Shown here piece by piece: positions 39,551 through 51,845 of a DNA stretch of 64,000 bases. Source of the DNA: a virus (taxonomy: Duplodnaviria > Caudoviricetes); IMG/VR virus record IMGVR_UViG_2907128583_000005, positions 96,001 through 160,000 of that record; one strand, 5' to 3'. Numbering within the stretch: position 1 is the stretch's first letter; each line of letters starts with the position of its first letter. Position numbers and translations under genes: made by a program. A model generated the notes under the pieces. It saw nothing but the letters and a program-made list of their open reading frames with translations, was not told where the DNA came from and made no database searches.

Positions 39551-42500
39551 TTATAAATAATCTTGATAGTTAGCAATGGCTTGATTTTTTCGTTTTGATA
39601 GCTCAAGTAACAACAATTCGTAGAGTTCGATATTTTCACGTAGTTCAAAGAAGTATTCAAAATCGTCATTCTTTGGGTTCTTATCTTGTGCTTCAATTAA
39701 TCGAAATACCTTATCAATGATCTCCATAAACTCTTCATGTTCCATCTCACTTAAGCGACTCTTAACATCTTCGTAATTCTTCCTTCGTTTCTCATTAATA
39801 TTCATTCGATCATCTCCTCATAAGAAACACTTCTATTCACTAAGAATATTATTTATTTTTATTTTCAATTTATCTTCAAGTTCATCTGTTAATCTAGAAA
39901 TTGAACGAAGTGAATCCATAAAATCTTTGTCTAATTTATCCTCAATCATTCCTTCAGCCCTCTTCTTTACCATATCCTCGAATTGTCCACCAATGTGTTC
40001 GAATACTTTAGCTAATGGCAAGTCTACTCCATTGATAATTAATTTTGCTTCCATAGATGAAGGATCATATCCTTTTTGATATAAGGGACTGTTTTTACCT
40101 ACTGCACTTAACGCTTCAATAATAAAATATCCCGTCCATGAATCGATACCGTGTTCCCATAAATCAAATTTGCTCATCTAATTTCTCCTATTATTTCATT
40201 GTATATCAGAATCTTCTATAAATTTTCCAACGAAAAACATATTGTCTTTCTCTTCTTCAAAATCACTTTGGTAATAAACAATCGGTGAATTATGTAAGTC
40301 CGTTATCTTATATTGTGTATCACTGTACCCATAACCATCAATGCTTTCACTTTTGATCAAAAAGAAGCGATTCTTATAAAGGTATAGATTAGTTCGTTCA
40401 ATGTTTCTTTCTTCTGAGGAAAAGTATCCAACAAAAGTGAGTTCATCGCACATCATTTGCTGCTCAAGTTCCTTAAGAAACTCAATCAATGTTTTAAGAC
40501 CATAGTTCAATGTTATTTTCGCATTAATAATATCGCCGTTTAATGTAATAAAATCATCATGCCCACATCTAGGCAGTTTGGAAATTTCATTATTAACTTT
40601 TAGTACCTTATTCTCTGTCATTCTAAGACTTAACTTGACTTGTGAATACATTGACATTTTTCTCATCATCCCTTTTATTCTTATAAAAGAATCCTTTTAT
40701 CAATACTTCCGAGCAAAGATAATTACACAATCTTCCTCATTGAATCCTTCCAATAATGACTGAATATGAAATCCTCTATCATCTTCTCGCTTAGAATTAA
40801 CATTAACAAAAACATTCTTTTCAGAACTAGCTCTATAAATTGCTGGACTGTCATCAAAAGTTCTATCTACTGAATACTCAACTTGTTTCATCTTTCACAA
40901 TTCTCATCTCCTTATAAAATCAATCATGCTAATTCACTAATATCCATCGATCATTAGCATCATCATACACGAAAGCAAACACACCTATCGTAGACTTCAC
41001 ATTAACAAATCGACTATTGGCAATTTGCCTTCCCGCTTCTTTTGTCAACCTGAGCATAAAGAAATTCAAAAACTTCACATTAGAACAAGCAAAGACATAA
41101 TCTACTGTTTCAGTAAAGTCTAAATTTTGATCTAGTGTAACTAGATCCTCAAAATTTACTAACGATGGAACAGCAAAAGTTATATATGAATCGTATTTAT
41201 TATCAAGAATCATCTTTTGATCTGGACTCAACATTGCGCCTTCATCTATAAATACTTTTGCTTTCAATGAATTCACCTCCAGTATAATGAAAATAAAATA
41301 ATCTTTTTACTGACTTTCAAGATCAAAACAAATGCTGAGTAGCTCTTTAGTGCCAATTCTTTTCTTAACTCCATCTTTAGTTATAAAGAATCCTGGTTTA
41401 TCGCTATTCTCTGTAACTTTTATCCCTTGTTCTTTTGCCAGATTCATCATTTTCTCTATATCAGCTATTTGTATCACTCCTATCTTTGTCTCCTCGTAAA
41501 ATATTCATTTGATCAGATATATTTCAAAATTTTTGTACTGACTTCAGCATGAGGATTTTGCGTGAAGATCTTCTTCGAAATTTCAGTAGCTTTCTTATGA
41601 AGTTCGGTTAAATCACCACGGATTCCCATTCCGCCGTTATAACACTTGCCGTTAGCGTATACGAACATAATAAACATTTTTAATTTCACTCCTCATAACA
41701 AATTACTTACTGTACTTATCAATCATAGCTCCCATAGTTGTACGAGCTTCTTTGTACGTCATTATTACCTGTGGCTTACCCTCGGCCTCGAATACATATT
41801 GATATGGCTTCCCATTGTTCGTTTCGGTATTAGTAAATGTTCCTTGAAATATGTATTCCTCACCATCAATACCAAAACAGCAGCCAATGAACTTTTCAAA
41901 CCATTGTTTCCTTTGGGACATTTTAAATCACTCCTTATCAGAAGATCATTTCACCCATTTGGGTAACAATAAATCCTTATACTCTTCAACAGAATTTTCT
42001 ACAATCATCTTTGCCTCATCCACAGCTTTTATATATTCCTCCTCTTTATTGTGATACAAAAATACATAGCCACTCGTTTGTCTACCCAATAAATATTTTT
42101 TAAACTCATCTAATGTTTTGCACCTTTTTCCTGACTTCACGTACATAGCAAACAATTCTCTTTTCAAGTTTATCGCTCCTTACCTAGTATCTCTCACATA
42201 TTCTTTAAGCCAACGGTTTTCATGATTATAAATAGCAACAGCAGTAAATTGACCAGTCTGAACTAATTTTTTTGCGACTCTAGTTGCTTTTAGCAAGCTA
42301 TCGTTCAACATTTTATCTTTTACTTTGTTGCCAAAAAGATAGCATTCTAATCTGAACAATTGCCTTCCTCCTTCCATTGTAAAAGGATCATTTTATATGC
42401 TCGTAAAACTGTTCTGGCAAAGTTCGGGAATGCTCTCTCCCCATTATAAAAGGATATGACCACTCTTCAAAGTTGATGTAGATTCTTCTTTGTCCATCAA

Positions 42501-43231
42501 CTTCGATGCATTTTGCTCCAGCAAACTGATAAGTATTTTGAATTAATCCTTCTTTTCTCATATGACTGAGAACTTCCAAAAGTATGTTTTGTTCGATTAG
42601 GATTTCTTTAGACATCTTTGCTACCCCAACTTTCTTTATAAAAATATAGTTTTATCTACTCATTGATAATTTCATTGATTCGTTTAAGTTGGTCTAGCGT
42701 CAGATCTAACTTACCAAAAGCATTAAATTTCGATCTAATGTCACGCTCTAACTTTTGAAATTCTTGTTCGTCTAAGATTTCTTGTTTGGAAAAGTATAGT
42801 TTCCAATCGGCAGTATAGCCACCAGTTTCTTGCTCTTTGTTCTCCATTTTAAATTTTACTCCATCTACCTCAAAGTATTTCCTTCCCACCTTTGTTATTT
42901 TCGATTCTTTAATAAGTAGCTGATCCTTATATTTAACAGCCATATTTCCGACAGCTTTTAGATATACCTTATCTCCTATGTTCATTTGTTTTATGTCCCC
43001 CAATAATTAATGATCTAGTTTAGTATTCAACGTTTCAATCTCATTGATGAGTTGCACATATCTTGAAGTTATTCGTTTTATTTGATTATGTATTGCAATA
43101 AAGTCTAGACTATCATAATCTCTTCGGCTCCTAACTGATTCAACTAATTTTTCAAGTGTATTTTCTACATCTCTTTTCTCCATAGCCAGCATGCCTACAA
43201 TATAAATCGCCGTTCCTGATAGGCTTTTCAT
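39551..43231 (-). CDS. Run of small hypothetical ORFs (39551-39805, 39833-40177, 40196-40669, 40700-40891, 40929-41276, 41307-41468, 41703-41921, 41946-42167, 42180-42377, 42388-42615, 42656-43003, 43007-43231)
   Basis: Co-oriented, RBS-bearing, many bounded by junction sites. Confidence 0.6.
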
Positions 43232-43567
43232 CTTATTTCATCCTCTCTTAGTGTTATGCTGTTTTTTGTTTTGTGTTTAGAGTGACTACAACCATTACGC
43301 CATCAGCTTCACATAAAGCGGCAAACTTAGCCATTACTATTTTATCATCGAACGAATATGTATTCGCCTCTAATTTACCTAACACCTTCTCAAAAACAGT
43401 TACTTTATACATGTAATCACCTCATATTTGTTGTTTTTCATAAATTAATTATACTACATTTATTTATTTTTGTATATAGGTTTTATATAATTTCATTATA
43501 TTTAATTATAAAAAAAGACCGCCTAAGCGATCTTGGTCAAATTAATCTTTTATAAGGAGTATGATAA

Positions 43568-44455
43568 TCAATGCATCTTCTTAAATAATACTGCCATTTT
43601 TGCTTCACCCTCACCTGTCAATACAACTTCAAAAGCTTCTTCGAACCACGATACTTTTTTCAGTCTCTTTTTAATAACAGTGTATGTTGAGTTTTCCTTG
43701 TAGCCTTTGTTTTTGGGCTTTAGGTTTAATATATATTTACTTGAAAAATCGTAAGCATCTATGATCACTGCTCCATTATCTGAAAGAATGTCTAAATATG
43801 TTTCAAGTAGTGAGTTAAATTTGGAAATATCTTTAGTATGCCAAAGAGCACCTTTTATGTCCCAAATTAAATCTACTTTTTGAACTCCCATTTTCGATAA
43901 ACACTCGGCTGATTTTAAAGCATCATTAGGCTCAGTTAAATAAACTATGTTATCTGATGTTTGAATATGTTCATTCGGAACACATATATCTGTAGCAACT
44001 ATATTAGAGTCAGGATATTGTTGTGACAATTTATATTCGTACTTACCTTTATTTGCAGAAGGACTAAATATTTTTTTACTCGAAAAATTAACCCCTACTA
44101 CCGACAAGTTTTCTACCGCTTTAGTCAACCAATTTTGCTTTAGGTTGTAATCATAAGTTGAATCATACCATCCATTTAGATCTGCCCCTTGCATGTATCT
44201 TAATTCTGGATGTTTTGTTCCTAAGTATAAACCAATAGAACCTGAGATCCATTCTATAAGTTTAACAACAAGCATCCCAACTGCAACAGTTGCTGAATAT
44301 CCCATCAATTGTAGATCTAATTTAAAGAATCCTATAAGATAAAATAGCAATCCAACCGCAATAATACTCCATATCCAATTACTTAATCTTGCTATCTTCT
44401 TAGATAAGTTAAAAAACTGATAATATTGTTTATGTACTTTTTTAGTATATTCCAT
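43568..44455 (-). CDS. Membrane-anchored protein with possible SAM-methyltransferase-like fold
   Basis: 2 TM; IVATDI, VDLIWD, GAVIIDA pattern. Confidence 0.45.
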   Translation of the reverse strand: MEYTKKVHKQYYQFFNLSKKIARLSNWIWSIIAVGLLFYLIGFFKLDLQLMGYSATVAVGMLVVKLIEWISGSIGLYLGTKHPELRYMQGADLNGWYDSTYDYNLKQNWLTKAVENLSVVGVNFSSKKIFSPSANKGKYEYKLSQQYPDSNIVATDICVPNEHIQTSDNIVYLTEPNDALKSAECLSKMGVQKVDLIWDIKGALWHTKDISKFNSLLETYLDILSDNGAVIIDAYDFSSKYILNLKPKNKGYKENSTYTVIKKRLKKVSWFEEAFEVVLTGEGEAKMAVLFKKMH

Positions 44456-44501
44456 TCGCTCAATCTCCCATGCACTATTTTAAAAAAGAGTAGCCTTTCG
44501 G

Positions 44502-44726
44502 CTACCCTTTAAGAATTTGACGCCAAGCATCCTCAATAGCATCCGAAGCATTCTCGTGTTTATCCGATGAAGCTCTTTTCTTTGTTTCGAAATCTTCAAG
44601 ATAGCATTGATACATTCCAACAGTTTTCAAGTAGACTATGTAAGTACGCCCATCCAACTCCATAATTGATACTTGAGTCTTGTTGTTATTCACTTCAGCA
44701 GAATTGACATTTAACAATATACTCAC
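44502..44726 (-). CDS. Hypothetical protein
   Basis: GGAGGTG RBS. Confidence 0.6.
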   Translation of the reverse strand: MSILLNVNSAEVNNNKTQVSIMELDGRTYIVYLKTVGMYQCYLEDFETKKRASSDKHENASDAIEDAWRQILKG

Positions 44727-44804
44727 CTCCCTCCATAATCAATTATAGCACAAATTTATATGATTAACTCTATGTTATATGAAATTTTTCAAGATTTTTA
44801 TGTA

Positions 44805-45761
44805 TTATTGTGTTACCAAATCTTTATGTGACCCATTTTGAACAAACTCTGTTTCTATAGTCTTATAAGCCTCACTTGCCAATTCCCATTTATTATAATC
44901 ATCAATAACATCTGCACAATTATATTTCTTGTTTAGGCTAGATTTAGAATAGGGTTTCTTACCTTCTTTTGTTCGTTCTGCGTCCATCTTTTCCCATTCA
45001 TTTTTTCGTCTTGCGTACACATCAAAACTACCAAGAAGCTTCATTTTATTAAATAATTCTCCATAGGCTTGCTGCAAGTCTCTACCGAAATATTTATTAG
45101 CTAATATTCTAATTCGTTCGCTGAAGTTTGTTCTATTACATACGAAAAGCTGCTGTGTTCTAATTAACTCATTTTCATTTTGCACCCTTTCTACAGCTTC
45201 GGTCAACACTTCAACCTTTTCTTTGATCGCCTTTGTTTCTTGTTGTTGCTTGTATAGCTCTAGCGATTTTTCAGCATCTTTATATTGAATCTGTACTAAT
45301 TGGTCTCTAGGATCTACTTTTAATACTTGTCCAATAGCATACAACTTCATGTGCAATTCTCTCTCTGTTTCATCTGTAATCTGTGCGATTCGATTTTCAG
45401 CTTCATCGTAACGACCAGTCGCTTGAATCTGCTTAATTACTTTTTTTACTGTCTTTTTGAACTCTCTAGCTTTCGGTAACTTGCTACAATAAATTAAATC
45501 AAAAATCCCATCTTCTTCTATAAACCAGTTACCCCGTTGACCTAAACTCACAGGTGAATCGCCGTTGAGTTTTTCTTTAGTGACCAAATATTTCTCATCA
45601 ATGCTTACATGTTTTTTGATAGCGTCACTCGTATCTTTATATCCAAGGAGTTCAGCACTCTGATTTCCGTGAAAAATAACATCGCCTTCAAAATCAAAAA
45701 TAACATCTTCTTTCGTTAAAAACTCCACGTTAAACCCTTCGAATTGAATTAAGTTGCTCAA
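44805..45761 (-). CDS. BRO-N domain antirepressor-like protein
   Basis: LGYKDTSDAIKKHV, FIEEDGIFDLIYCSKLPKAREFK. Confidence 0.85.
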   Translation of the reverse strand: MSNLIQFEGFNVEFLTKEDVIFDFEGDVIFHGNQSAELLGYKDTSDAIKKHVSIDEKYLVTKEKLNGDSPVSLGQRGNWFIEEDGIFDLIYCSKLPKAREFKKTVKKVIKQIQATGRYDEAENRIAQITDETERELHMKLYAIGQVLKVDPRDQLVQIQYKDAEKSLELYKQQQETKAIKEKVEVLTEAVERVQNENELIRTQQLFVCNRTNFSERIRILANKYFGRDLQQAYGELFNKMKLLGSFDVYARRKNEWEKMDAERTKEGKKPYSKSSLNKKYNCADVIDDYNKWELASEAYKTIETEFVQNGSHKDLVTQ

Positions 45762-45844
45762 ATATATATCTTCCTTTTTGATTTGTCAGGCGGTCTCACC
45801 CTGCCGTCTTCCTCGCTGTTATGAGTAATTATTTACTTATTATT

Positions 45845-46084
45845 TTATTCCTTAGTGTTGAATCCACCATGATCATCCTCAGCAAGAATTTCTGCACATA
45901 GTCCAATGCATTCGTTGCAAATACAGATGTTCTTTGCTGTCACCATTTTATCCACTTCAGATTGACTCTTACCGCAAAATGAGCAACGCAACTCACAATC
46001 TCTTTCGGGAAAAGCGATTAATTCATCATACTTCTTTGCCTTTTCCATCAACGTCATGGCTTCTTGCATAGCTTGTGGATTCAT
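45845..46084 (-). CDS. ClpX C4-type zinc-finger protein
   Basis: CSFCGKSQSEVDKMV....ICNECIGLC. Confidence 0.9.
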   Translation of the reverse strand: MNPQAMQEAMTLMEKAKKYDELIAFPERDCELRCSFCGKSQSEVDKMVTAKNICICNECIGLCAEILAEDDHGGFNTKE

Positions 46085-46624
46085 AAACCTACCACTCCTT
46101 ATGTATTTTTATATTGTAAAATTCAACTTTTACGCACTTCTCGTTCTTCATAATAATATTCTAGATAAGGTTTATCTCGATTGTGATCATCACAAAATGC
46201 CTTTGCTGCTTCTTCACTTTGAAAAATATCCACCAAAACCCTATTGACGCTGAAGACATACGCTTCTTCTGCATCCTCAAGTACAACAAATACTCTCATG
46301 CATACTCTCCCTATATTCTAATAAAATAAATCAATACTAATTTAACGCTTACCAACGCATCCTCCTGATCTTTCTTATAACTTCTCTTTATGATTTTTTT
46401 GATTTGTGCTGCTGCATCATTTCGCGCATACGATCCATTCCCACGCTTTTTGTTTTCTCTGTACTGGAAGCATAATCAATAAATTCGTTATAGCTTTTAA
46501 AATCCAACTGAGCAACTGTGGGACGTATTTCCTTAATTTTTACTTCTTTCAATTTAGTCCTTCTTTCTATGTATTGATGATAAAAGTCCGTTTTTATCAT
46601 GAAGATACCTTATATTTTAATAAC

Positions 46625-47485
46625 TCATGCGTTTCTAAGTTCCAATTTAAATCCAATAGATTGCAGCTTGACTATTCGTTCTTGCGACAATTTATTCATT
46701 TTATAAGCTTGACGTTGGTTGGATACCCAGTTGCCTAGATTTACTTTACCTTCTATATATACTCTTGGAACGTTGCAATTTCCATGGTTGTATTTATATT
46801 GACGTAGAATTTCATAGAAGCTGTCCCACGTTTCATTTTGGGTTTCCCATTGAAAACCAATTGAATTAAGTCTGTCTATACGTTTTTGAGAAAGCAGATT
46901 ATTTTTTAATAGTTGTCTTTGAGTTGTAACCCATCTTCCTAATTTTATGTTGTCGACCTCATAATGCTGTGGAACACAGATATTTCCCTTAATATTTTTA
47001 TAATTATTTAACAAGTTAAAATATTTGTTCCATGTTTTTTCATGTAAATCCCATGTAAACCCTAAATCCTCCAGTTTCTTTATTCTATCTTCTGACAACA
47101 AATTTTTTTCATAAGACTTTCTCTGTTGGTTTACCCACATACCAAGTTTAATATCCTTATATACATAACTTACTGGAACATCACAATCACCATACTGGTG
47201 CTTATATTTTAATAGTAAACTGTATTTATCAGCCCATTTTTTCTTATCATCTTTTATTCTTATATTGTAATTAAAACCAACAGTATTCAATTTCTCAATT
47301 TGATCTTGCGACAATTTTCCTTTACGATAAGATTGCCTTTGTGTTTTTACCCACATACCAAGTTTAATATCGTCTACTACATAATTTTGAGGTACATTCG
47401 CATGTTTATATGTATCTTTATATTTTAACAAAAAGATAAACTTTTTGTTCCACGAAGCAATTCTATTGTTGTAACAATGTTTCAT
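46625..47485 (-). CDS. Helicase-associated (HA) domain repeat protein (4 repeats, no helicase)
   Basis: W...VP..Y.....LG.WV..QR......LS..RI.KL...GF repeated four times. Confidence 0.9.
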   Translation of the reverse strand: MKHCYNNRIASWNKKFIFLLKYKDTYKHANVPQNYVVDDIKLGMWVKTQRQSYRKGKLSQDQIEKLNTVGFNYNIRIKDDKKKWADKYSLLLKYKHQYGDCDVPVSYVYKDIKLGMWVNQQRKSYEKNLLSEDRIKKLEDLGFTWDLHEKTWNKYFNLLNNYKNIKGNICVPQHYEVDNIKLGRWVTTQRQLLKNNLLSQKRIDRLNSIGFQWETQNETWDSFYEILRQYKYNHGNCNVPRVYIEGKVNLGNWVSNQRQAYKMNKLSQERIVKLQSIGFKLELRNA

Positions 47486-47536
47486 TTTGTCTCCTCCTTA
47501 ATTTGTCAAGAGTAAAATAACTGTTTCATCATCTAT

Positions 47537-47803
47537 CTAGTCTTCCATGCTTTTTCTCAACCTGTTTGCTTCTAATTCCAAAAACAATATCTTATCTCCA
47601 GTATTTATGTCTTTTGCTATAAAAGCCTCATCTTCATTTAAAATTTCAGATAGTTGTTCAAGTCTAGATTTAGGAATTGGTCTTTTCTTGCTCAGCCACC
47701 CCATTATAGTTGGAGAAGAAATTCCTAATTGCTCCGCAAGTTTTTTATACTCAACGTCTCTATATTTACAGATCAACTCTAACCCAATGGTCACATTACT
47801 CAA
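47537..47803 (-). CDS. XRE-family HTH regulator
   Basis: LAEQLGISSPTIMGW...IPKSRLEQLSEIL. Confidence 0.85.
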   Translation of the reverse strand: MSNVTIGLELICKYRDVEYKKLAEQLGISSPTIMGWLSKKRPIPKSRLEQLSEILNEDEAFIAKDINTGDKILFLELEANRLRKSMED

Positions 47804-47832
47804 CTCCTTAAAAAATCCTGCTTTTACTATAA

Positions 47833-48579
47833 TTAATTCCTGATGTACTTTCGCAGCATTTTGCTAATTTGATCTTCTTTACATAGGCCTTGAACCAGCA
47901 GTCTTGCTCCTGTCCCCGCTTCAACTGACTTAATTTTTGTGATATACATTTTCTTCCCCTCGACATCGATCAAATCACCAACAGATACCTTATCGGAGAC
48001 CATAATATCGAAGCTTACTGATTTGTTATTTTTCATCTGTGAACTCCTTATAAAATACTGTTTTTACTCAAAAAATTTCACATCTTTTTCATATGATGCT
48101 GCCGGGATCGATCCAACATTTGATTTGATAACTTCATAATCGTATTTATGCTCCCAACCATCTTGAAACATTATCTTTCTATGATTTTTTCTCTCCTCTT
48201 TACTGTTATATTCACAATCTCTTGTTATGAATTCTGAAACGATTTTCATGTAAAGCATCCTCCTTTAGAAACTCTATAGTTTTTCAATTTTCCCCATCAT
48301 TATACTCTTTATATCTTTGTAGCCTTTATTTTGTTTTATTGAAACAATGGTTTCTTTACTCGAAGGATCATCGAAGATATAAGCAACAACACCTTTATAT
48401 GATCTACTTCCAACTACTTCAATCTTTACATTATCACCAATCTGTACGCCGTATTTTTTAAACCTCTCATTGCAAATCCCAACAACTTCCGATCTATATT
48501 CTTCATAATCTTGTCCCTGCTTTGGTGCTTGCTGTACAAACCATTGTCCTGAGCCGATTTCAATACTCTCATTATTCAT
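47833..48579 (-). CDS. Three hypothetical ORFs (47833-48036, 48064-48258, 48274-48579)
   Basis: RBS-bearing, junction sites. Confidence 0.6.
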
Positions 48580-48731
48580 AAATTTCTCCTCCTAAAATTT
48601 CCATATATTTTTTTGTCGTATGCTTTATAGTTCCATTTATTTATATTTATTTCTTATAAAATCGTTGTTTTAATTGGTTACAATACATTGTTTCTATCTC
48701 CCGATACAGTGTTGCTTTCTTTGTTAAAACT

Positions 48732-48774
48732 ATTATATCATCATTCTTTATATTTATCAATATTCATTATATTT
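48732..48774 (-). promoter_or_regulatory. SigA promoter TTGATA-N17-(TG)TATAAT with operator-like motif
   Basis: Motif TTCATTATATTT at 48763; terminator 48785-48816 upstream. Confidence 0.7.
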
Positions 48775-48823
48775 AATTATATTAAAAAACTGAGCCTGCA
48801 ATTAGACTCAGTTTTTAATACTA

Positions 48824-49882
48824 CTATTTTAATTCCACTAATCCATTTTTGTCTTTCGTGTAAGTTCGCCCCAATGATTCTTCTTCTATGGTTGCAATTT
48901 CTCCCGTATTATTAACACCACTAAGAACTATTTTTCGAATTGCTTTAATGTTTGATTCTAAAGCCAACTTACTTTTCTTAAGCTTGCTAATAGTTCTATC
49001 TTTCTTATTAATCTCTACTGCTTTAGCTTCCAGTTCTAATTCCTTAAGTTCTAATTTATGCTTAATCTCTCTTGTTTCAAGTTTTAATTGACTAACTTTC
49101 AATTCTAACTCTTTTACAGTATTCATATTTTCTAGAAATCTATTTATTTCTAAGTGAATTTGATTTAATTCAGTTTTGTTTTCTTCCTTTGGATTACCCA
49201 GTTCTGTTTGGTGACTTTCTTGAGATTCCTTATTAAAATAAACTAAATTATTTGTCGATATATAATTCTCTAATGATCCATGCTTCTTGGTAACATTTCG
49301 ATATTTTTGATAAACTGTTTGAGGATTCTTTTTAAGTGCCTTTGCAGCTATCTTAATTGATTCCATCTTACTATTTCCGCTTTTTCTCTCTTGATTAAAT
49401 ATTTTGTTTAAAGTAAGAACATCTTCATCTGTCCAGCCCCCAATTACAATCTTTTTTTGTTCATTGGTTGTGTTTTCCTCTATACTTAACAAATAATTTC
49501 TTACTTCCTTTGCAATAACACTATCACGTAACAACATTCCAATTCTCAGTACGGATCTTCTCGTAAACACATTAATCATTTTCCTCGGAATAACCAATAC
49601 TGAATTGTTTTCAGTATTAAAATCCACCGCTTCTTCTCCTTTTAACATTAACATACCATCACTAACAAATTCGTTTCGTTGTTTTTTTATAATTTGTTCT
49701 ATGACATTTTTATCTACTTCATAGTACTCAGCTATCATTTTTGCTGTAATGTGTTTATTATCTGGCAACATAGAAAGTACTTTTACTTTATCAAGCACTT
49801 CTATTCGATCTATGTATTTATTTCTAATGCTGCAATTCTCAGAAGTAGTGAAACTTTCATCATATAATTTCAGTATACTCAT
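48824..49882 (-). CDS. Phage DNA-binding protein with coiled coil (paralog of 15033-15824)
   Basis: EVLDKVK, LRIGMLLRDS. Confidence 0.7.
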   Translation of the reverse strand: MSILKLYDESFTTSENCSIRNKYIDRIEVLDKVKVLSMLPDNKHITAKMIAEYYEVDKNVIEQIIKKQRNEFVSDGMLMLKGEEAVDFNTENNSVLVIPRKMINVFTRRSVLRIGMLLRDSVIAKEVRNYLLSIEENTTNEQKKIVIGGWTDEDVLTLNKIFNQERKSGNSKMESIKIAAKALKKNPQTVYQKYRNVTKKHGSLENYISTNNLVYFNKESQESHQTELGNPKEENKTELNQIHLEINRFLENMNTVKELELKVSQLKLETREIKHKLELKELELEAKAVEINKKDRTISKLKKSKLALESNIKAIRKIVLSGVNNTGEIATIEEESLGRTYTKDKNGLVELK

Positions 49883-49905
49883 TTTTATTCTCCTCTACTT
49901 TTCAC

Positions 49906-50082
49906 TTATTTATAAGATTCAATCAATTTCTCCAGTTTCATTATTTCAGGTTTTTGTAGTGGCTGCTTATCATTAATAAATAGCGAGAACAATGAATTAC
50001 TTATAGATAATTTACTAGCAATAAATGATTTCTTAATTCCTCTTTCACTAATTAACTGAAGCGTTCTTTCTCTTAGTGTCAT
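49906..50082 (-). CDS. Small HTH protein
   Basis: GIKKSFIASKLSISNSLFS; GGAGGTG RBS. Confidence 0.75.
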   Translation of the reverse strand: MTLRERTLQLISERGIKKSFIASKLSISNSLFSLFINDKQPLQKPEIMKLEKLIESYK

Positions 50083-50126
50083 GCACTCACCTCCGTTAAA
50101 ATTTATTTTAATGTTCTCTTGAGATA

Positions 50127-50171
50127 AGTATATCATTCTGTTTCTACTCTGTCAATATATTCATTATATTT
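50127..50171 (-). promoter_or_regulatory. SigA promoter TTGACA-N17-(TG)TATACT with operator-like motif
   Basis: Motif at 50160. Confidence 0.7.
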
Positions 50172-50267
50172 AGTTGTTTAATATATAATGATGTTACTCT
50201 CAATAAAAAAGCGCTTGAGATATTAACTCAGCGCTTCTTATTAGTAAAAGTAACAATTTATCAATCT

Positions 50268-50942
50268 CTATTCTGTGAACATCCAATCCTTAGTCACCCA
50301 TTGAATAACCTTAGCAAATCTATTTTCATCGAAATGAATAAATTCTTTATTATACCATTCGGTTAATTCCTTATCATGTTTACTACTATTGCATTCTTTA
50401 CAAGCTGGAACACAGTTGTCAATAAAATTGCTGCCTTCGTGAATAACATGATCTCTATGTAGTTGTTGTCCATTAACTGCGAAATGTATTTCTTGAGTCA
50501 TATCGCAATAAGCACATTTCCATTCAAAATACTCTAAACATCTACTCCACTCATCTTGGGTGATTTCATGAGACTTATTGAATCTTTTCTGTCTATAGAG
50601 TTTTAATTTATCCTTATTTTTTCTTTGCCACTCCCGCAAAAGTCCATTTTCTCTTCTTTTTTTCTCAGACAGTCGCCTTTTTTCTTTATTCTGAGGCTTA
50701 TCATTTCTTTTCTTTTGGAATGTAAGGGTCTTTTCATAATTTTCTTTGTTCCATTTAGTTGAGTTACTAATATTGCATTGCTTGCATTTTGGATTTAGGC
50801 CATCTTTTTTATTGCTCAGGTTTTTATAGAAATATATTTCATTGCAAGGGTACCACTGATTACAATTGGAACATAATTTTTGTTGTTCGCTTTCAAAAAA
50901 TCTATGACTATCTTCAAAACTTATTCGCTTTCTATCTCGCAA
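50268..50942 (-). CDS. HNH endonuclease
   Basis: CAYC...DHV...N..PACKECNSSK. Confidence 0.9.
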   Translation of the reverse strand: MRDRKRISFEDSHRFFESEQQKLCSNCNQWYPCNEIYFYKNLSNKKDGLNPKCKQCNISNSTKWNKENYEKTLTFQKKRNDKPQNKEKRRLSEKKRRENGLLREWQRKNKDKLKLYRQKRFNKSHEITQDEWSRCLEYFEWKCAYCDMTQEIHFAVNGQQLHRDHVIHEGSNFIDNCVPACKECNSSKHDKELTEWYNKEFIHFDENRFAKVIQWVTKDWMFTE

Positions 50943-51029
50943 ACCAATTATTCTCCCTTTTTATAAATTAAAATTTTATATAAAAAAACAAAACCAAACC
51001 TCTTTTAGCTTGTTGGTTTTGTATATTAC

Positions 51030-51461
51030 TTAAAGCTTTCCTTTTTTCAATTTTAATTTATTTTCTCGAGTCAATACATACCTTTTACTTGATGTGTTAT
51101 TGCTTCCGTCCAGAACAAAAGCAACTAACGATACTCCAAAAGCCACAATCGTTGAATAGTTTGATAGTAGGTTTATATCTAGAGTTTTTTCAAACTCACC
51201 AGTGTATAGCAGCATAAAACTACGTGAAATCACTGCAATCATGATGAGAATACATAATATTGTAACACCTTTATAAAACTTTGTAGCTACCTTTCTCAAC
51301 AAGGCAAAGAGTAGTATCATGAGCGAAACAATAAAAGAAAAAACAGTTATTACAGACGATATAAATGGTGAAACTTCAATTTTAAAGAAAATCACGACAA
51401 TTCCATAAACTATAAAAATAACTGCAATTAATAATAACATACCATGATAAATATGCTTCAA
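51030..51461 (-). CDS. 4-TM membrane protein
   Basis: Hydrophobic helices. Confidence 0.65.
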   Translation of the reverse strand: MKHIYHGMLLLIAVIFIVYGIVVIFFKIEVSPFISSVITVFSFIVSLMILLFALLRKVATKFYKGVTILCILIMIAVISRSFMLLYTGEFEKTLDINLLSNYSTIVAFGVSLVAFVLDGSNNTSSKRYVLTRENKLKLKKGKL

Positions 51462-51845
51462 GAAAATCTTCCTTTTTGTAAGTTTAGAATAGTTTTATTG
51501 TGAGCATGTCACCCATTAAGTTATGTATACATTTTAGTATAGTAGATATATCTACATTATTTCAATCATGTATTTAGATTGCATTGCTACGCATTGGTTT
51601 GTACGGTACATGTATGAGAGAAATTGAATGAGTGTTGATCTTCAGATAGTACAGTTCTTCAGCATCAAGTTTCTTATTGATTTGCTTCACAATTTCTCAA
51701 TTTTCATTAAGTATATTCTCCCATCAAAGCAATTTTATAATTATACATATTTATGAATTAAAATATCATTAAATGCGAGTTTTATACATTTATTATTGAA
51801 TATTAATACATTTGTAACTACGTAAAACAAGAATTTTATGCACAA

